64,000 bases of DNA from Octopus bimaculoides (taxonomy: Eukaryota): the NCBI RefSeq assembly GCF_001194135.2, contig NC_068982.1, forward strand, positions 61,340,228 to 61,404,227. Reading direction: 5' to 3'. Shown piece by piece: positions 25,985-38,310 of the stretch (position 1 is the stretch's first letter; each line of letters begins with the position of its first letter). The notes beneath the pieces were generated by a model. That model was given only the letters and a program-made list of their open reading frames with translations, had not been told where the DNA came from and ran no database searches. The translations under genes and the position numbers were made by a program.

Positions 25985-26550
25985 TAAATATTAATATGTA
26001 TGCATGTGTGTGTGTATATACACACACAACCATACACATATACAGATATGTATAATTTTAATGAGCTTCAGAGATGTAAAATAGTTGAAGTATCTTCATT
26101 AACAAATGAGAATTCAAACCAGCCCCTCAGGTAAAATATGTTTAATTTCTTATGAAGCATAATTGAAGCAAAATTATTTCCTTTTCTTTTTAAATGAATT
26201 TTGCTTATTAAAACACAACCTCTGTAACCTCTACCAAAGTTCATAAAAGATAACACTTTGTCATGTACACCAGTACAAGTTTGTTGTTGTCAAAAGCCTT
26301 GAAATATAAAATACAGGAAAAGCAATCATTTCCTGTGTATAGTAAAAATTTGAACTTACTTAATAATACAACTTCTGTGAGATGGGTATGTGAAATATTT
26401 AAATACTTGCAGTAAATTAGGTTTTAAAACTGCGTAATTAAAAGCTTGGTTGCCCAGCAAACGATAGGTATATGGTTCACATCCAGTAGAGACCTTGCTT
26501 CTGGGTTTTTGCTGCATTTGAGATATTAGAACTAAATTTTGTTGTAAACC

Positions 26551-26760
26551 TTAACCCTTTAGTTTCAATATTTCTGTTGAATTATACTGCCTATATTTGA
26601 ATTAATTTTGAAAATAAGGAAGAATTTAGTAAAACAGCTTTGTTCAAATAAATTCATTAAACTGGTGTGTGAGACATAAATTGACATGAAACTTTGATGG
26701 AAGTTTTAATTTAGATCACCTTAAACGAGATATTTGTATCTCAGAACCAGAGGCAGGCTG
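26551..26760. mobile_element. piggyBac-like MITE fragment
   Basis: Starts TTAACCCTTTAG. The internal GAAGAATTTAGTAAAA...CATAAATTG...GGAAGTTTTAATTTAG resembles 20660-20760. Confidence 0.55.
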
Positions 26761-26811
26761 CTATGAAATGAGTTAAATGGTTGCTTCTAGAGAATTAAAT
26801 ATATATCTTGG

Positions 26812-27217
26812 CCTGTGGCTGTGTGGTAAGTAGCTTGCTTACGAACCACATAGTTCCAGGTTCAGTCCCACTGCGTGGCGCCTTGGGCAAGTGTCTTCTA
26901 CTATAGCCTCGGGCCGACTAAAGCCTTATGAGTGGATTTGGTAGATGGAAACTGAAAGAAGCCCATCGTATATATGTATACATGTGTGTGTGTGTGTGTG
27001 TGTGTGTATGTTTGTGTGTCTATGTTTGTCCCCCCAACATCGCTTGACAACTGATGCTGGTGTGTTTACATCCCCGTAACTTAGCGGTTCGGCAAAAGAA
27101 ACCGATAGAATAAGTACTAGGCTTACAAAGAATAAGTCCTGGGGCCGATTTGCTTGACTAAAGGCGGTGCTCCAGCATGGCCACAGTCAAATGACTGAAA
27201 CGAGTAAAAGAGTAAAA
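26812..27217 (+). mobile_element. SINE family B, full length
   Basis: High identity to 7168-7577. Confidence 0.9.
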
Positions 27218-27559
27218 TAGTATCAGAGTTACTGACAGAATTAAACTTTTTTTCATCCCCTTGAAAGAATTTTTTTTCTTTTATGCTCATAGCTTTACAT
27301 GTATTTATCCACAATAACAGAATTTAGATGCCTCTTCAAATTTCATAATCTGAATTATAAGAACAATTGTATTATAATACAATGTCTCTGCTAATGTTGC
27401 TACTCAGTCATCTATGAAATGAAAATAGAACCAAATTTTAAGTATTGCTATCAATGCACAACATTTAGTAGAGTACCAAATAAAATAACATAAAACTGTA
27501 ACTGTAATTGACATTTTATTTTTAAAATATCAATATCTCAGTGGACTCTACAAGCAAGG

Positions 27560-27985
27560 TATCATTTAGATTCTGCAGTCAAACTTTTATAGACCCCACA
27601 CCCAAAACCCCATTTAGATCCTGCTGCTAAAACCTCACTAGAACTGCTATCAAAACCTCATTAGAACCTACTGTCAAATCTTCATTCAATCCTGCTGTCA
27701 AAACCTCATTAGAATTAGTTGCCAAAGTGTCATTAGATCCTACAGTCAGAGCCTCATTAAATTCTGCAGTTAAGGTTTCATTAAAGGCAGCTGCCACATC
27801 CTCATTAGACCCTACTGTCAAAGCCTTGTTTGACCCTGTTGTCAAAAAACATCATCAGACTTCATTGCCATGGTCTTGAGAGATCCTTCTACCAAGGCCT
27901 CATTGGACCATGTTGTCAAAGCCTCATTAGACCCAACAGTCGACATTTAATTAGAATTTGCTATCAAGACCTCATTTAACTCAAC
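27560..27985. repeat. Degenerate 24-bp tandem repeat, about 17 units (consensus about TCATTAGACCCTACTGTCAAAGCC)
   Basis: Units 27658-27849 are exactly 24 bp with substitutions only. The minus-strand ORF 27627-27845 shows the octapeptide NEALTVGS. Confidence 0.88.
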
Positions 27986-28464
27986 TTAACTCCAATTTAA
28001 ATATTATGTTGTATTGTCTTTTTCCATTTTAAAAGGAAAAAAAAAATAAAAACAGAACATAACACATTTAAGTTTTATTTGGTTGAGTTTAAAATCATGT
28101 ATTACTTTAACCTTAAATTTAGTAACATTTATGTAATACTTCTCTTACGTATTATACAATTGTCAAATTCCAATAAGAGCATTCAGTGAAAGAAACATTA
28201 AATTTTTCTTTCTTGCTGTTTACCATCAACTTTTCAATGATTTCAGATATTATGTGGAGTAGGGGTAGAAGATGCTTCAGCAGTCAGTCAATCAGTCAAA
28301 CTAGGTGAGTCCAGAATTGCAATCAAAGAAAGGAAAAAAGCACAAAGTTAGTACCTTTGCTAAGACAGACCAAAACTGAGATGCTTCAAATTCTGAATTA
28401 ACCATAACACAAACTAGAGTGAGCAGAGTTTATGTGCCATGCTTAGAGCCAAGTTACACTGATG

Positions 28465-28488
28465 ATGATGATGATGATGATGATGATA

Positions 28489-28567
<79 letters not shown>

Positions 28568-28615
28568 CGATGATGACAATAGCAGTGGCAGCAGCAACAG
28601 CAGTAGTAGTAGTAA
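28465..28615. repeat. Compound trinucleotide microsatellite (GAT)n(GAC)n(GCA/GTA)n
   Basis: Direct inspection; source of the poly-D/poly-M/poly-I pseudo-ORFs. Confidence 0.95.
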
Positions 28616-30047
28616 GATTTGAACTTATATCAGTAATCAGCACTTTCACCTCCCAGCCATTGTAATATTGTAATATAATTTATATTTCTGATTGAACTTT
28701 TAATGAGCACCATCATGGTTTAGTATCCATCTCGAGACAGAATTTCTCCTAAAATTCAACATATCTTAACTTCTATGCTGAAAAGTTTAATAACAGTGAA
28801 TGTGATTACAAAACATTTTTACTAACAGCAAAGCAACATGCCTGACAGGATTTCAAACAACTGAAGTACTCCACTCCTAAGCAGTGTACACATCTCTCTA
28901 AATGACTCTTTATATCTGAACATTAAATCAATGATTTTCCCATCAAAACATCATAATAAAGTACTATTAACAGATAAGTCAGTGAAATATTATTAAAACC
29001 AGACAGTTTATTTGCCAACCATAATACAGGTGAGAAAAAGTATTAGACATTTGTCGTATTACATATCTATTTTATCAAGATCGCATGAATAATCTTATGA
29101 GATGGCATTGTTCTGTGATAGCTTTATCTAGTAACAAGCAAGTAAGGTAAGAATCGCCTAGCAGAGAATGAAACTAGATATTTAATTAAACAGCGAAAAC
29201 TTATTGGACAATTCAGACATTGATCATGTGGAAAGTGGACAATTGGTGAGACTTGCTTAATCAAGTGGACACTGGTGACATTTCAATGAGATTCTGGCCA
29301 AAATATCAGGTTAACATTTGATTATGATGTTCTTTTTGTAAAAAGAAATGAGAGGGAATGGGAACCCCAAAAAGCAAAAACAAATATTCAAAATAGAAGA
29401 GAAAGAATTGAGAGGATAACAAATTGAAGATGGCAGATGAAGGGGAGAGAGAGAGAGATAGGGATGTAAATATATAAGCAGACAGATAAATGAATAACAG
29501 CAATGACCATTAAAACAGTGAAATAAGTCCTTCCATGTAAAAACAATAAACAATGGTTTTTCTGACATATTGAAGCTTTTTACATTAGTGAACTAAATAA
29601 TGAACGCTCAATGTTAAGATGTCCGCTTCAGTTTCAATACAAAACAAAGTGACAAAAGAGTGCAATGCATGTATATATGCATGCATACATACATATGTGT
29701 ATGTATGAATGAATGTACATGCATATGTATGTATTGATGCAAGTATGCATGTATCTATGTGCAGAGGAATTAATGACTTAAAGCCCAACTGATTACACCT
29801 TAAAGACAAGAAACTGTTTTCACTTGACATCTGTCTATTCATTTCTCAATCAACAATACACTATGATGAATTGATTAATTGGAAATTACGATTGGAATCC
29901 TTTATTAATGATTTAAGGAAAGGTGACTAATAACATTCATTTCTCTTTCATACTTTTTATTTCTACAACCTTGTTCTCTTTATATGTCTGTATATATACA
30001 TGTGAATGTATATATACACACACGAGTCTATATACATAAATACATAG

Positions 30048-30102
<55 letters not shown>

Positions 30103-30127
30103 GACATATATAAGTCTATATACATAC

Positions 30128-30159
<32 letters not shown>

Positions 30160-30272
30160 NNNNNNNNNNNNNNNNNNNNNNNNNNNNNNNNNNNNNNNNN
30201 NNNNNNNNNNNNNNNNNNNNNNNNNNNNNNNNNNNNNNNNNNNNNNNNNNNNNNNNNNNNNNNNNNNNNNNN

Positions 30273-30326
<54 letters not shown>

Positions 30327-30629
30327 CACAAACAGAGGAATTGTTAACTTGAAACATCTATTTTATTCACACTTACTTTACCTGAAGAATTGCTTCTTTT
30401 TCTTTTTTTATTCCTCTCTTAAAGATGCTTTTTATAAAGCTACAGTTCTTAACTTTGGTCTTCACTAGATAATCAATACTACATATGTACACACATGTAA
30501 ACATGTATGCATGCATGTGTATGTATGCATTTATATGCACCCATAACTTACCAGTTTCAAGTTGGGCATGTTATTGTTTATATGGTATAAGCCGTCTACA
30601 TAAACACACACACCAGACTGTATAGACAG

Positions 30630-31020
30630 ACAGCTGGATATGTATAAGTTTGCTTCCCAATCACATGGTTCTGGGTTCAGTCCTACTGTATGGTACCTTG
30701 GAGAAGTGTCTTCTACTATAACACCAGGCTGACCAAAGCCTTGTGAGTGGATTTGGTAGACAGAAACTGAAAGAAGGTTGTTGTGTGTTTATGTGTTTGT
30801 GTTTACCTGTGTTTCTGTTTGTCCCCCTTCATCACTTGACAAACAGTGTTGGTTTGTTGATGTCCCTGTAACCTAACATTTTGACAAAAAGAGAACAATA
30901 GAATAAGTACCAGACATATATAAAAAGAAAAAGTACTGGAGTCAGTTTGTTTGTCTAAACCCTTCAATGTGGTGCTCCAGCATGACTACACTTCAAAGAC
31001 TGCAAAGAGTAAAAAATAAA
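30630..31020 (+). mobile_element. Older, diverged family B SINE
   Basis: GTTTGCTTCCCAATCACATGGTTCTGGGTTCAGTCC...CAAAGCCTTGTGAGTGGATTTGG...GAATAAGTACCAG...GCTCCAGCATG. Confidence 0.75.
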
Positions 31021-31469
31021 AAATAAAAGATAAGTTCTGCCTCGTAAAATCATGGAAACAAACAAGAACTCCTGGTAATTAGCAAGATACTCAAATATCT
31101 TAACTTGTATAAGGATTGTCAATCAACTGCATCAACTCGTAATTCACCAAGTCAATTAGAAAGCCTCTATGTTACTATTGAAACTACTAGAAAGCGCAGT
31201 CAAATCTCCCTTAAATCATACCTTATTGTCTTAAATAAAGAACTCATTGATTAATGTAGCCTAACATAGTTCTAGAAAATGGTGGGATGGTCATGAATGG
31301 AATACCTTTGTTCATAGGTCTGCTTTAATAAGGCTGACCTGGAGCTAAACAACAACGATAATTCATTCCTAAGAAAGTCAAGTACTGCTACTTCCAAACA
31401 TTTGGAATCTTGAAAAGCTAAGCCTCTGAGCAACCATTAAATGTAAGAGCAGTTACAATATCAAATAGG

Positions 31470-32705
31470 TAAAGACATGGCTGTGTAGTAAGAAGCTTGC
31501 TTCCCAAGCACATGGCTCCAAGTTCAGTCCTACTGCATAGAACCTTGGGCAAGTGCCTTCTACTGTAGCCTTGGGACAACCAAAGCCTTGTGAATTGATT
31601 TGGTAGATAGAAACTGAAAGAAGCCCATCATATATATACATGGTCTGATCAATAAGTATCCAGACTGTTGTCATAGTAATGAAGCTAAAGCATGCAGAGT
31701 GAAGCCACTTGACACACATTGACCTTGAACTCAGGTGTGCATGCGCACTAAGTTTTAACATTCTAGCTCACTCCCGTTGTTTACAGCAGTGCTTGGAAGG
31801 AAGGTGTGTAGCATATGATTGTTGTATTGACCATGACAGAGAAAGTTGAGCAGAGAATCAGTATCAAATTTTGCCAAAAGCTTGGTGATACCTGCTCAGA
31901 GGCCTATGCAAAGTTTTCAAAAAGTTTTCATCGTTCTCAACACAATCAAGGTGAACTGAAACCCGAGAGTTGTTTTGGTCAGGTAAAAGCAGTTTTGGCA
32001 CAAACTTGGCAGACACGAGTCTCATACCCAAATCTTCAGTGATAACAAACTGAACTGATCTGTAACTAATCTGCACATCCTCTGATAACTCAAGGATGGT
32101 GATTCAATGATTTCCTTTCACAGCTGCACAGTACATTTGTCAATATCCACATTTTTCAGCCATCTTGGAAACATATGAACCACTCGTACACCTGTATGCA
32201 GCTCATACACTCCTCTCCATACACTTTCTGCAACTTTGTGCTGGCCTCTGAGCAGATATTGCTATGACAACTTTCTCTATCATGGTCAATGCAACGATTA
32301 CATGCTACACACCTTCCTTCCAAGTACTGCTGTAAACAGCAGAAGTGAGCTGGAACATTAAAACTAAGTGCGCATGCACAGCAGAGTTCATGATCAATCT
32401 TTGCCAAATGGTTTCACTCTACATGCTTTAGCTTCGTTACTAGGGCAACAGTTTGGGTACTTATTGATTATGCCTTGCATGTATATACATATATATGTAT
32501 GTGAGTGTGAAATATGTGTGTGTGGGGGGGGGTGTATTCCCCACCACCAGTGGTTCAGCAAAAAGGTACTGAGAGAATAAGTATCAGGCTTAAAAATAAA
32601 TATTGGGATCAATTTGCTTGACTAAAATTCTTCAAGGCAGTGCTCCAGCATGGCTGCAGTCCATGCAGTCCAATGACTAAAAACAAGTAAAGGAGTAAAA
32701 GAATA
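31470..32705 (+). mobile_element. Family B SINE split by a mariner-derived insertion in its internal (TA)n
   Basis: The 5' half (31470-31638) ends in AAGCCCATCATATATATA. The 3' half resumes after 32479 with a TA/TG tract and ...GAATAAGTATCAGG...GCTCCAGCATGG...AAGTAAAGGAGTAAAAG. Confidence 0.8.
31639..32477. mobile_element. Palindromic non-autonomous mariner derivative built from two 5' ends
   Basis: 31639-~31914 is an inverted copy of ~32232-32477. The plus arm encodes MTEKVEQRISIKFCQKLGDTCSEAYAK. The minus strand encodes ...KLQKVYGEECMSCIQVYEWF...EDLGMRLVSAKFVPKLL...CVENDENFLKT (mariner N-terminal HTH region). Confidence 0.88.
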
Positions 32706-33642
32706 AACCACCCAGAACACATAAGTTCAGACCATATGTCAGACAGCACAACATCTTTCTCATTTGCTTCTGTCTGCATCAATGGAAAACATGTACTGGG
32801 CTTCTGTTAGTGTGGGAATTTTATTGATAAGAACAACTGAAAATATAAATTCCCACAGCAAGTCCTATGTAACTATCTGAGTTTGCAGGCACATCTTATC
32901 CTCTTTTACCTGCTTAAGAAGATGAATGTAAAGTGCATATGTTTTTGTAAATTCAAAAGAACAAAAAAACTAATTTTTTTACAAAAGTACTTATTCGAAA
33001 TCAAGAGTTAACAAAGGATATTTTCATACAATGTATACCTGTTGTCTGGGGTTTACTAACAGTAAAAACATGGAAAATTTTGGCAAAGAAGCCAATGAAC
33101 TAGAGTGCGATTCATCATGCTTGTATTTTTCTTAACAAAAACCCAAATCTCATTTATCATTTTGTGGATAACTTACTACAGTTTCACCAAAGTAACTGGT
33201 TTTGTCCCATATTGCTATCATTAATCAAATTTTCTACAGATAACTGACATCTTCATATAGGCATGTATCATCATATTCATAACTGAATACTATTTTCAAA
33301 CATACATACACTTTCATGTGTGTAAGTGCATGTGTATAAATATATGAATATACAGGCATATATACACACAATTATATAATAAAAAAAATACTTAGTAATA
33401 TAACTGTATGTGCAAATATATGAAATACATACACTCATTCCACAAACACATACATTTGTGATAAGTATACATAAACGCAATCATACATAAGACACATTTC
33501 TAAATATATAATGCATACAGAAAAAGCAAATGTACACACATATTTACTTACAAATATATATGCATTTGTAATCAAGCACTCACATCTACACATGCACACA
33601 TTCAGAAGACACAAATCTCCAAATAAATGTGTGTCTCTGAGA

Positions 33643-33644
<2 letters not shown>

Positions 33645-33736
<92 letters not shown>
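33645..33736. repeat. (GA)n microsatellite
   Basis: Direct inspection. Confidence 0.98.
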
Positions 33737-33739
<3 letters not shown>

Positions 33740-34079
33740 CGTAAACACAAAATCTAATAATAAATAATAAATAAAAAGTTTTTGTCAGTCATTTTTTTTT
33801 TCCTTTACATCTCGGGAATCTTCTCTTCAATTACCCTAGTATGAAATTTAACATTTCCTGCCCTCACATGCAGTTTACCCTGTCATCTCAGTTATCGGCC
33901 CGTCTTAAATTTGGTCCCTCCTCATCATAACTAAATATCCTAGGAAATCAAAGACCCAGCAGAAATTGTAGAATGGGTTACTCTCAGTTTCATTTGCAGG
34001 CATAAATACCTAACCCAGAATTATCACAGAGCCAAAAGAGGAATAAACTAAAGAGCTAGCAGTATTTAATCAGATACTG

Positions 34080-34480
34080 TAAAGCTTAGGGACATTTCAT
34101 CCATCTTCATGTTCTGAGTTCAAATTCCACTAAGGTTAGCTTTGCCTTTCATCCTTTCAAAGTCAATAAAATAAGTACTAGTTGACCACTGGGGTCGATG
34201 TAATCGACTTACCCCCTCCCCCGAAATTACTGGCCTTGTGCCAAAATTTAAAACCAACATTTAATCAGGTGCTCTAAGGCAGCAAGTTGGCAGAACCATT
34301 AGCATGCCAGGCAAAATACTTAGCGGCATTCCATCTGTCTTTAGTTCTGAGTTCAAATTCCATCAAGGTCAACTTTGCCTTTCATCCTTTTGGGGTCATA
34401 AAATAGGTATCAGTTGAGCACTGAGGGTCGATGTAATCAACTAGCTCCCTTTCCTGAAATTATTGGCCTTGTGCCAGTAG
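34080..34480 (+). mobile_element. Two adjacent family C SINEs
   Basis: Two TTCTGAGTTCAAATTCC...TTTGCCTTTCATCCTTT...GGCCTTGTGCC units. Confidence 0.8.
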
Positions 34481-36800
34481 CTACATGTTTTGACTTCAAA
34501 TTCATCCAAGATAGTTAATAAAATAAAGTTCTAAGTCCATAATGGGGCCAATATATTAACCTGTTCTCTCATCCAAGACCTATAGCTTGTTATCATCAGG
34601 GTTGTATAGATCAGTGTGTTGAGTCAGGAGTAAGTGCTTTACTTTGACAAGCTTGATACCCCACTGGTCTAAGTTCAAGTCCCCAAAACACATATCACTT
34701 TCATCCTTTCCATTTTCTTTATTCAATATTGCTGCTTTAATGTCCATCTTCTATGTTAGCAAGGGTTGGTCATGTTTGTATTACAACACATCACTGCTCG
34801 TAGGTGTGTGATTAAGAAGTTTGCTTCATAACTATATGGTTTTAGGTTCAGTCCCACTGTGCAATATCTTGGGCAATTGCCTTTTACTACTGTCCTGTGC
34901 CAACCAATATCTTTTGAGCAAATTTGATAAACCGAAACTGTAATAAGCCCATAGCATACATGCACTTTATTTCACTTGGTGCATTTGAGTGAAGCAATGT
35001 TGATGTTGACTCTATTTGTTGATGTTATGACCAGTTGCTCAGCACTTTCAACAACCTGTACAATATGAAAATCCCTTACCTGTAAAACAGGTGAGGGTTA
35101 GTGACAGGAAGAGTATCAAACCTTAAAATCTTGTGTCAAAATCAATTCCTGACAAGCTTTGCTGACACAGAAATGTGAACAAATGAATGAACAAAGGAAC
35201 ATTATTTCATCATCTATCTTAGACTTTGAAAAAAGAATACTTTGTGGTTGCAAACCCCTACAGCATTAAATGTCATCTAGATGAAAGAAAAAATTGCTAT
35301 CTACCACATCTGGTGAGCCATCTGAGCATCTCATGGATTTCAATTCATAGATGCTCCTACAGCTAATTACTCTTGTAGCTTTATCATATCTAAAGTCCTG
35401 GTCTTCTGGAAGAAGACTCTTGCCTTTGATGTATCAGGGGGAATTCATTATACAATAATAAAATTACAATAAGAGAGGATCCCCAAATGAGAGATAACCA
35501 CATAAAGTAGCTATGCATCCCCTTATGTGGTTCCTCACCATCTGGGGATTTTTGTTCTTGTTGTTATTGTTCTATAATGTTATGACTATTGTAATCTGTT
35601 TATTAATATGTCTTTATTGTTATTGTTGATCTTAACCTCTTACTTCATGTAAATATCCTCATCACTCTTTGCTTCTGTTTGTAGTTTGTACAATCCCTAA
35701 TGTCTTAGGCCCTTGTGACCAATAAAAGAATAAGATTATTATTATGATGCCCTGCTGCTATAGAGTAACAGATAAACATCTAGCAAGATGAGTTTCTGAG
35801 CCAATCTCAGTAACTGTTTAAAGTTAATTCTTCTCATTTATGCCAGAAATGTTTTTTTGAGAAAAGCCTGAATAATACATAATCTCTTTCCTCTCCCTGT
35901 AAGTTTCTGGTTTTGTGCACAAGCAAGAAAATATTATTACTACGTGTATCATTATCATAATCACTGAAAGTAATGGCAAACAGAAACAAAAGAACACAGG
36001 GAAAAAATACTTTCTGCATTCTGCTACATCTCTTTATATCACGAGTTCAAATCCTACAGAGGTTGAAGTTGCCTTTCATCCTTCCAATGTGAAATGAAAA
36101 TGTGTACAAACAGTGATGTTGATTCAATCAATTTACTTGTCTCTACACATTTATGAACTAATGCCATTATAAGCAATTATACAATCAGAATTACAATCCA
36201 GAGTATTTCATATGTCTACATATAACAGTGAGTTTAGCACTGTCTTAGATGTATAAGAATTGCATATACTTCATTATTTATGTTTTGATTTTGATCATGT
36301 ATTCCCATATGTTCTTTTGTTGTTATTGTACAGTGTGTTATATAGCATCTATACTGTACCTAACAGTGATTCGTTTATATGCCATGTAATATGAGATGTC
36401 TGCTATTTATTTGTATCTTTTTTGTTTGTTTTGTTTTTTAATTAGTCTTAATGAGATTGTTTAAGTTTCCAATCTCACATTCTAGATATCTCTTAGTTAT
36501 TATACATAAACAATTTCTCCTGTTCATTCAAGCATATGTTTTGTCTGCTGAGGCAGAAACGAGGTTTCCTTTTCTTTATTTTTTTATCTTTGTTTTTACT
36601 ACCTCACTGTCATTGTATGTAGAATGCATCATAATTTAACATAGCTTTGTTATTTCCAGACACTGATAGTAGCAGTCTTAGGGGTGAATGTTGTAACACT
36701 GACACAGTTTTCAGAAGACATACCTAGCACCTTTGTTATATTCAGATACTCAGATTTTTTACAAAATCTAAATTTCCTCTAGCAACAGTATTACTTAATT

Positions 36801-36995
36801 TTTAACCCTTTAGCATCCAGATAACTCTGTCAGATGTAATGCTTATTTATTCACATTGTTTTGAATTAATCATGCATCATTTTGTAGCTTTGAGATTTTG
36901 ATGATGCAACTCTTTATTTTTAGAATGACATTGCAGACTAGGCATGAGAGACCAGATCTGGCTAGTTGGAGCATAAAACAAGTAGAATATTTGGG
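36801..36995. mobile_element. piggyBac-like MITE, right end truncated
   Basis: Begins TTAACCCTTTAGCATCCAG; homologous to 20431-20590. Confidence 0.7.
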
Positions 36996-37019
36996 TTGGA
37001 TATAGCTGGTTTCTTTTAT

Positions 37020-37800
37020 GCGATGTTTTTCAGATGTAAGTCCTGATCTTGTTATTAGAAGCCCTCAGTATGAGTTTGAAAATTTGAACTATGGAACCAG
37101 GTTCTGATTCTTGAGGATCTATGCTTGTACTCTGGAATTTTTTTCTAAATATTTAGAACATTTCCTTTTGGTCCTCTTTTTTTTTCTTTCTATTATTAGG
37201 TTTGCTCTTCTGTTAAACTCTTTGCTAACTTTCTCCTTCATTTCTCTGTGTCGTATATTATCGGTTTCATCTGCTGAACATATGTATCATTGGTTCTGGT
37301 TTAATTCCCTCATTTCAGTGTCTGTTTTTAATTTGAAGTACTCAGCTTTTGTAAATTTATTTCTCTTTGTCATAGTTTTGGCACTTTTGTCTAATCACAT
37401 AATGATTTACAGGTTCCCCCCACCACCACTGGGATTTGTCATTTGAAAATATCTGAAAGTCATCTACAAAGAGATGGCTTGTAGTTTGTCCATAGCCTCT
37501 CTAGCCATTGAACAAAATGTTTAACAGATTTGTTAATGGAATCCAATACTATGCAAAAGAGTAGAGGGGATAATGGGCCTTCTTAGAAGATCTCACTTCT
37601 TATGGGAAAAGGGTTGGTTTTAATAATAATTTCTTTATTTTGAAATGATATTGTTGTTTTTAATTTTGATTGTCCTGGTTAATGTACTTGAAGAATCCAA
37701 CATTCTCTTTTTATTTTGGTTTTATTTAGGCTGCTACCAATAAGAGTCATGGGCCTCATGTTCAGAGTTAACTTGTTGAGAAATCACCCTTTCTGAACTA
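37020..37800 (-). mobile_element. Degenerate LINE reverse-transcriptase fragment, R4/Dong-like
   Basis: Minus-strand translation with stops and frameshifts: VQKG*...IF*EGPLSPLLFCIVLDS (37541-37590)...VDDFQIF (37445-37468)...LDKSAK...MRELNQ...HREMKEKVSKEFNRR. The motif order matches R4-clade RT (EQKGC; IFQGDxLSPLLFC; YMDDLKLY; FGLDKCA; HxxMKEKIxKEYxRR). Clade assignment is from memory of motifs. Confidence 0.72.
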
Positions 37801-38094
37801 CGTTAAATTATTTTTATATCATCTGCGCAAACATCTTCCCTCTCCCAACCAAAAGCGATTTTGTTGCTAATTGATTTATCAATAGACATAGCTGATTTGT
37901 TTTTAAATAACATAGGTTTAATTTTAAGTTTGTTTGGTTTTGTTTATATTCAGAAGATAATTTCATCTTGTCTTGTTTGACCTGAGAGCTTATTTGTTCT
38001 TTATTTCAAAGTATGTTATCTAAACAGTAAATAAGTCATTATTAGCAAATTAGTAAATAAGTCATTTGAAACAAATTCAGCTATAAATTAATAG

Positions 38095-38310
38095 TTTCAA
38101 ATTTTGGCATAAGGTCAGCAATTAAAGGGAGGGAGAAGCAAGTCAATTACATCAGCCCTATTACTTCAATTGTATTTTATTTTACTGACCCCAGAAGGAC
38201 AAAAGGTAAAGTTAACTTTGGCAAGATTTGAAACTCAGAACATAAAGAGCCAGAAGGAACGCCACTATGTATTTTGTCTAAAAACACTAACAATTCTGCC
38301 AGTTGACTTC
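38095..38310 (-). mobile_element. Family C SINE, diverged
   Basis: TTTGGCATAAGGTCAGCAA...CAGAAGGACAAAAGGTAAAG...TTTGAAACTCAGAAC...ATTCTGCCAGTTG. Confidence 0.7.
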
